Below are positions 60,881 to 64,000 of a stretch of DNA of 64,000 nucleotides, one piece after another. The number at the start of each line of letters is the position of its first letter. Position 1 is the stretch's first letter. This DNA comes from an uncultured bacterium. Its GTDB lineage: Bacteria; Babelota; Babeliae; Babelales; Babelaceae. Under the pieces are notes generated by a model. That model did no database searches and was not told where the DNA came from. It saw only the letters and a list, made by a program, of their open reading frames with translations. The position numbers were made by a program, and so were the translations under genes. The stretch spans positions 1,312,001 through 1,376,000 of the forward strand of contig CAWFXL010000001.1 in assembly GCA_963819815.1 (NCBI GenBank), given 5' to 3'.

Positions 60881-62511
60881 TCAATTTTGGATGATCTTAT
60901 CGTGGATGAGCATTTTATGGGCAATTTTCTCAAATAGAGGCACTACGATCTGTGAAGCAAGCATTCCTCGCTTGGTAGTTTCCTTGATAGACACTACGAT
61001 GACCCGCTTATAGGAATCTTTCTCGATAATGCCCATGAAGGTAAAAAGGTGACGAGTGTGATCATATCGTCCATTGGTGATGAGCCGTGCAGTTCCTGTT
61101 TTTCCCATAATGTTGTAATTATTTATACTTGCTCGTGCAAGCGAACCTTCAGAAACTGTTTTTCGAAGAATACGTTTCATCTTTTGAATTGCTTCAAGAC
61201 TATACAGGGGACCTTCCGGTTCTTCTTTGTCATCATATAGAAGATGCAATTTCACCTTATAGCCATCATTTGCAACAATGGATAGCGCCTGTGCTATTTG
61301 TGCGAGATTGCATCGTATCTCATAGCCAAATGAGAGTGAATTTAGGGAAGCATTGGACCATCTATGGGGTGGAGAGATAACTCCTGGCGATTCTCCGGGG
61401 AAGATGCCAAGCTTCTTTGAGAAGCCAAGACGCTTATAGTGATCATAGAGTTTAGTGCCAACACGATGACCAACTTTGGCAACACCTATATTATTTGAAA
61501 ACTTAATGACATCTTCAAAAGGGATGATCCCCTTTGCTTTTGTTGTCGTAATGGGACTTCCATTAACGCGGGAGGAAAGTTTTCCTTCGCAATCGATGAG
61601 TGTATCAGGACTTATGACCCCTTCTTCCAAAGCTGCAAGTGCAAGAAATCCTTTGATTACTGAACCATATTCGTACGCATCGGTAATAATTCTGTTTTTT
61701 GTATGCTCTTGGATGATGTTCTCGGTGTTATTTGGATCAAAGTCTGGATAGTTGGCCATAACAAGAATATCTCCCGTCTCTGGATCACAGATAAGGACAG
61801 ATCCGTTTTTAGAACCTACTTGCTGGACATAGTCTTTGAGTTCTTCATAGACGAGAAATTGTAAAATCCGATCGATCGTGAGGGTTATCGGTTTTCCTTG
61901 GCACCTTCGACCAGTGTTTCTCGAGTAATATAAAACCGCTTAGCGCAATCTTTTTCAAGAAGATAGGTTGAAGCGCTTCCTGCGAGCAGGTCATTGTACA
62001 TCATCTCAAGGCCAGAGACCCCTTGGTTATCTATATTGGTGACCCCTACAATCGGTCCAACTCCTGCTATCGGATAATAACGACTTGGCTCACGTAAAAG
62101 TTTTATATCAGGTATATCGCTTAGTTCAATGAGAGCAACTTCTTCAGGGCTCAGGCGTCTTTTAATGTACATAAAGTGGCTTCTCTTAGTACGACGTAAT
62201 CGGTCTGCAGACTCTTTAAAATGGCGCGAGAGAAAATTTAAAAGGTTTTCACGATGCTCAAGTTTGGAAGGAATAATAAAAGCTGATATTGCTTCAGTGT
62301 TAAGCGCTAGGGGCTGACCTGTGCGATCGAAAATCTCCGCACGAGGAGGAGTTACGGTGATGGTCATCTTATATTGTTTTTGAGCACGACCGGTGAAAAA
62401 CTCCGAACGCTGAATTTGTACACGATATAAATTTACCACAAGAAACGCGTAGCATGCTACATAGAAGAAAAAAACAAGGGTAAGTCGTATATTAGGTTGC
62501 AGCGTGTTCAT
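60881..62511 (-). CDS. ftsI: Class B penicillin-binding protein (FtsI/PBP3), frameshifted near 61900
   Basis: RAEIFDR, RYYP, GVSGLE, LTID in the other frame, SVIK, SNN, KTG. Lies downstream of an ftsL-like gene. Confidence 0.85.
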
Positions 62512-62785
62512 GGGTGGGTACTGTTTTTATTTGGTCCAAGGTAATTTTCTGCATGTCTGATTTGAGAGCAAAGTCTTTTATTTGTGAGAGATTTTGGCTG
62601 GCATGCAGTCCATGGGTAAGGTCTCTTTTCTTTGCTAATCGATCAAACTTAGTATGCTCATGCTTTTGACGCTGATATGAAAGCTTAATAAGGGTGCTTT
62701 GGTGATGGATATAAAAAAATACCAAGAAAATCTGTAAGGCAATAACCCCGAGAGTAAGCAAAGACAGACGTTGTTCTACTTTCAT
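62492..62785 (-). CDS. FtsL-like cell division protein
   Basis: Single TM plus coiled coil plus IKDFA...M, overlapping the ftsI start. Confidence 0.6.
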   Translation of the reverse strand: MKVEQRLSLLTLGVIALQIFLVFFYIHHQSTLIKLSYQRQKHEHTKFDRLAKKRDLTHGLHASQNLSQIKDFALKSDMQKITLDQIKTVPTHEHAAT

Positions 62786-62969
62786 ATCTTTTATTCCCGC
62801 TTATACAATACCATTGCCAACAGTTGGCTCTAGTATAAGAAAGAATGAGTGCTTTGCCTAGTAAGCAAGGTTGTTACCTGCGATTATGTGAATATTTGGG
62901 TCAAGAGTTATCAATCTATGCTATACTTCACCCAAGGCAAGATAAAAACATTCAAACCTTTGAGATAGT

Positions 62970-64000
62970 ATGGTAGTAGGTAACCGATTTATTATTACTG
63001 GGTTATGCGCGATAAGTATACTCATACTAGGTAGTAGATATATATACAATAAAGCGCCACACAGCTCAGATGTAACGAACTTACCACGAGTAAGTGAGCC
63101 GGAACAAGGCCAAGAAACTCAAGCTCCTTGGAAGGCTTTTTCAACACTATCGAGTAAACAATCCTCACTCCAAACTGCGATTACTTTTTCACCGGATTCT
63201 CGCCTTCTTCTCGTTGGCTATCAAAATGGCTCTATAGAAGTTTGGGACGTAGAAAAACAGACCATAGAACGCAGTTGGGCTATACCTCAACCAGTTAAAA
63301 TATTTGCTTTTTCTCCTGACGGGAACCAGCTTGCAGCAACTTCCTCTGGAGCAAACGATACGAGTATTTACTTATGGGAATGGCCAACAGGTAAATTACT
63401 CCATGAACTGCATGGCCATGCAACAAAGAGGTGCTCAGAGTATTTCTGCGAAGCCAGTGACTGTTGCTGCACTGTTAACTTTTTGCAGTATATGGCTAAC
63501 GGGCAACTGGTATCCGCATCAAGTAAAAATGGTGCCATTACTATTTGGGATCCAAAATCTGGGCAGTTAGTACGCAGTATTACTATCCCGCTAGGTAATG
63601 TAACAGAATGCGTGGAGGATTCATCCCATGAGAAGCTCACAAGTAATGCGCCAGAATATGAGGCTATAGCTATCTCCCCTGATCAAAAATATATCGCCTC
63701 CACCCGCAATTGCACTTTTTACCCGTTAGAAAAGTATCCAGATTGGGATCCCGAGATAGCGTACGATTACAGAAACGAAGTTTGCGTTAACCTATGGGAT
63801 GGTACAACTGGAAATCTAACTAAGACAATCGCTACCGATATCATTGATTACGCTCGCGATGCAGGTACTAACGAACTCACCTTTTCACCTAACGGTACCT
63901 TTCTTGCTGTTGGTTGCGCTAAAGCTCTAATATGTCTTATAAATACGCATGATTGGTCTGCTAAACTGTTAGATCTTTCAGAATGTAGAAATAGAGAGCT
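62970..64000 (+). CDS. WD40-repeat protein, 3'-truncated by the window edge (absent from the ORF track)
   Basis: Translated by hand and open to the end: MVVGNRFIITGLCAISILILG..., ITFSPDSRLLLVGYQNGSIEVWD, AFSPDG, IYLWE, ITIWD, VNLWD. Confidence 0.85.
   Translation, partial: MVVGNRFIITGLCAISILILGSRYIYNKAPHSSDVTNLPRVSEPEQGQETQAPWKAFSTLSSKQSSLQTAITFSPDSRLLLVGYQNGSIEVWDVEKQTIERSWAIPQPVKIFAFSPDGNQLAATSSGANDTSIYLWEWPTGKLLHELHGHATKRCSEYFCEASDCCCTVNFLQYMANGQLVSASSKNGAITIWDPKSGQLVRSITIPLGNVTECVEDSSHEKLTSNAPEYEAIAISPDQKYIASTRNCTFYPLEKYPDWDPEIAYDYRNEVCVNLWDGTTGNLTKTIATDIIDYARDAGTNELTFSPNGTFLAVGCAKALICLINTHDWSAKLLDLSECRNRE

Noticed and set aside
60881..62511. Naturally split or pseudogenised ftsI
   Set aside because: Single frameshift with all catalytic motifs intact, in an assembly that shows other indel errors
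371..63640. Numerous 60-140 aa antisense or alternate-frame ORFs in the track
   Set aside because: They are shadows of well-supported genes, with no RBS or motifs of their own

Overview
A 64-kb bacterial chromosomal segment. Its gene content suggests a protist-infecting intracellular bacterium, most like Candidatus Babelota (Dependentiae/TM6); this is inferred from many signal-peptide-bearing ankyrin/WD40 proteins, lineage-type beta-barrel paralogues and a split ATP synthase operon. Housekeeping genes present: uvrB, ldh/mdh, ddpX, M3 oligopeptidase, MGMT, recO-like, MscK-like channel, ABC-2 exporter, recD2, deoxynucleoside kinase, atpE-b'-F-H-A, tRNA-Arg(UCU), rpe, groES/groEL, class I aldolase and ftsL/ftsI. 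Interleaved with them is an apparent exported toolkit for manipulating host ubiquitin: two tandem USP/C19 deubiquitinases, a Josephin-like Cys protease with a tail anchor, a BC-box/WD40 protein, two proteins with F-box-like motifs, HPD-less J-domain-like proteins and ankyrin proteins. Eight of these share a signal peptide ending in a small residue followed by Met at position 19-23, which the envelope-type exported proteins lack. Other notable items: an AAA_14/DUF4143 ATPase bracketed by 52-bp palindromic direct repeats, a group II intron DV-DVI remnant, a promoter-to-terminator structured RNA candidate at about 11.06-11.22 kb, an unannotated 57-aa exported peptide, a signal-peptide-bearing TrxR-Trx fusion and ArsM, and a Na+-type c subunit. 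Several frameshifts (groEL, ftsI and others) are most likely assembly indel errors. All assignments are by eye from motifs; no searches were run.
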